A DNA stretch of 51,114 bases from an uncultured Clostridia bacterium (lineage in GTDB: Bacteria > Bacillota > Clostridia > TANB77 > CAG-465): positions 1 to 51,114 of the forward strand of contig CALXBV010000067.1 of the NCBI GenBank assembly GCA_944386635.1, written 5' to 3'. Every line of letters begins with the position of its first letter. The stretch's first letter is position 1. Below, one piece after another: positions 50,593 to 51,114 of this stretch. Position numbers and translations under genes: made by a program. The notes beneath the pieces were generated by a model. That model saw nothing but the letters and a program-made list of their open reading frames with translations. It ran no database searches and had not been told where the DNA came from.

Positions 50593-51114
50593 ATGCCGAG
50601 AGTATGGTCTAAAGTTTTAATAGGTATAATTATTACAATAGTTGTTATACTTTTAATAGGATTTGCAATTTTAGTATTATCTGAGTATTTTCCAGAAGAA
50701 AGAGAATCTTTACAAATAGATGGAACTGTAACAAAAACTTTAAAAATTGGAGAAACAGCTAATATTATAACATATAATTTAGGGTATTTATCATTAGATA
50801 ATACTCAAGACTTCTTTATGGATGGTGGTAAAGGTGTAAGACCTAAAAGCGCTACAACTGTCACTAAAAATTTAGCTGCAATAAAAAATTTTATACAAAC
50901 ACAGGATGCAGATATATATTTATTTCAAGAGGTTGATACTAAAGCTAAAAGATCATATAATATAAATGAATATAATGGAATAAAAGAAGATTTTAATGGA
51001 ACAGCTAGTTTTGCATATATGTTTAAATCATTATATATACCATATCCTATATTTAATACTGTAGGCCACGTAGAAAGTGGAATAGCAACTCTTAATAAGT
51101 ACGATGTTAAGGAA
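50593..51114 (+). CDS. Endonuclease/exonuclease/phosphatase family protein, 3'-truncated by the window edge
   Basis: GGAGG RBS; MPRVWSKV, TM segment, TYNLGY, DFFMDGG, DIYLFQEVD...RSY. Confidence 0.82.
   Translation, partial: MPRVWSKVLIGIIITIVVILLIGFAILVLSEYFPEERESLQIDGTVTKTLKIGETANIITYNLGYLSLDNTQDFFMDGGKGVRPKSATTVTKNLAAIKNFIQTQDADIYLFQEVDTKAKRSYNINEYNGIKEDFNGTASFAYMFKSLYIPYPIFNTVGHVESGIATLNKYDVKE

Noticed and set aside
1-51114. CRISPR array, cas genes, reverse transcriptase, IS transposase or prophage genes
   Set aside because: No regularly spaced repeats and no such protein motifs seen.

Overview
Very AT-rich chromosomal window from a spore-forming Clostridia-type bacterium (inferred from sigK, the T-box, SAM-I, CIRCE and adhE). 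It is mostly housekeeping: valS, dapF, metK, adhE, tyrS, sigK, add and three tRNAs. Top result: a minimal 1,842-bp skin-like element (20887-22734) carrying a large serine recombinase and a divergent unannotated 44-aa ORF. It splits a Prx6/1-Cys-type peroxiredoxin gene inside its active-site motif. Excision at the duplicated core GGTAAA (TTTACC on the minus strand) rebuilds an in-frame 222-aa ORF reading PGDFT|PVCTTE. It would also reconnect a downstream unannotated Cys-rich 42-aa protein to a sigmaK-like promoter. sigK itself is uninterrupted in the same window. Other highlights: (1) a tandem HipA-like kinase/pseudokinase array with three HipS-like partners (1-2927); (2) a locus at 7.5-10.3 kb with paralogous surface proteins, a rod-like 5' leader, a ~280-nt multi-helix 3' RNA and a separately promoted tRNA-like RNA; (3) secreted proteins ending in xPxTGK-stop with no membrane anchor, one next to a sortase; (4) several small-RNA candidates. 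All family calls come from motif recognition by eye; no searches or folding programs were run.
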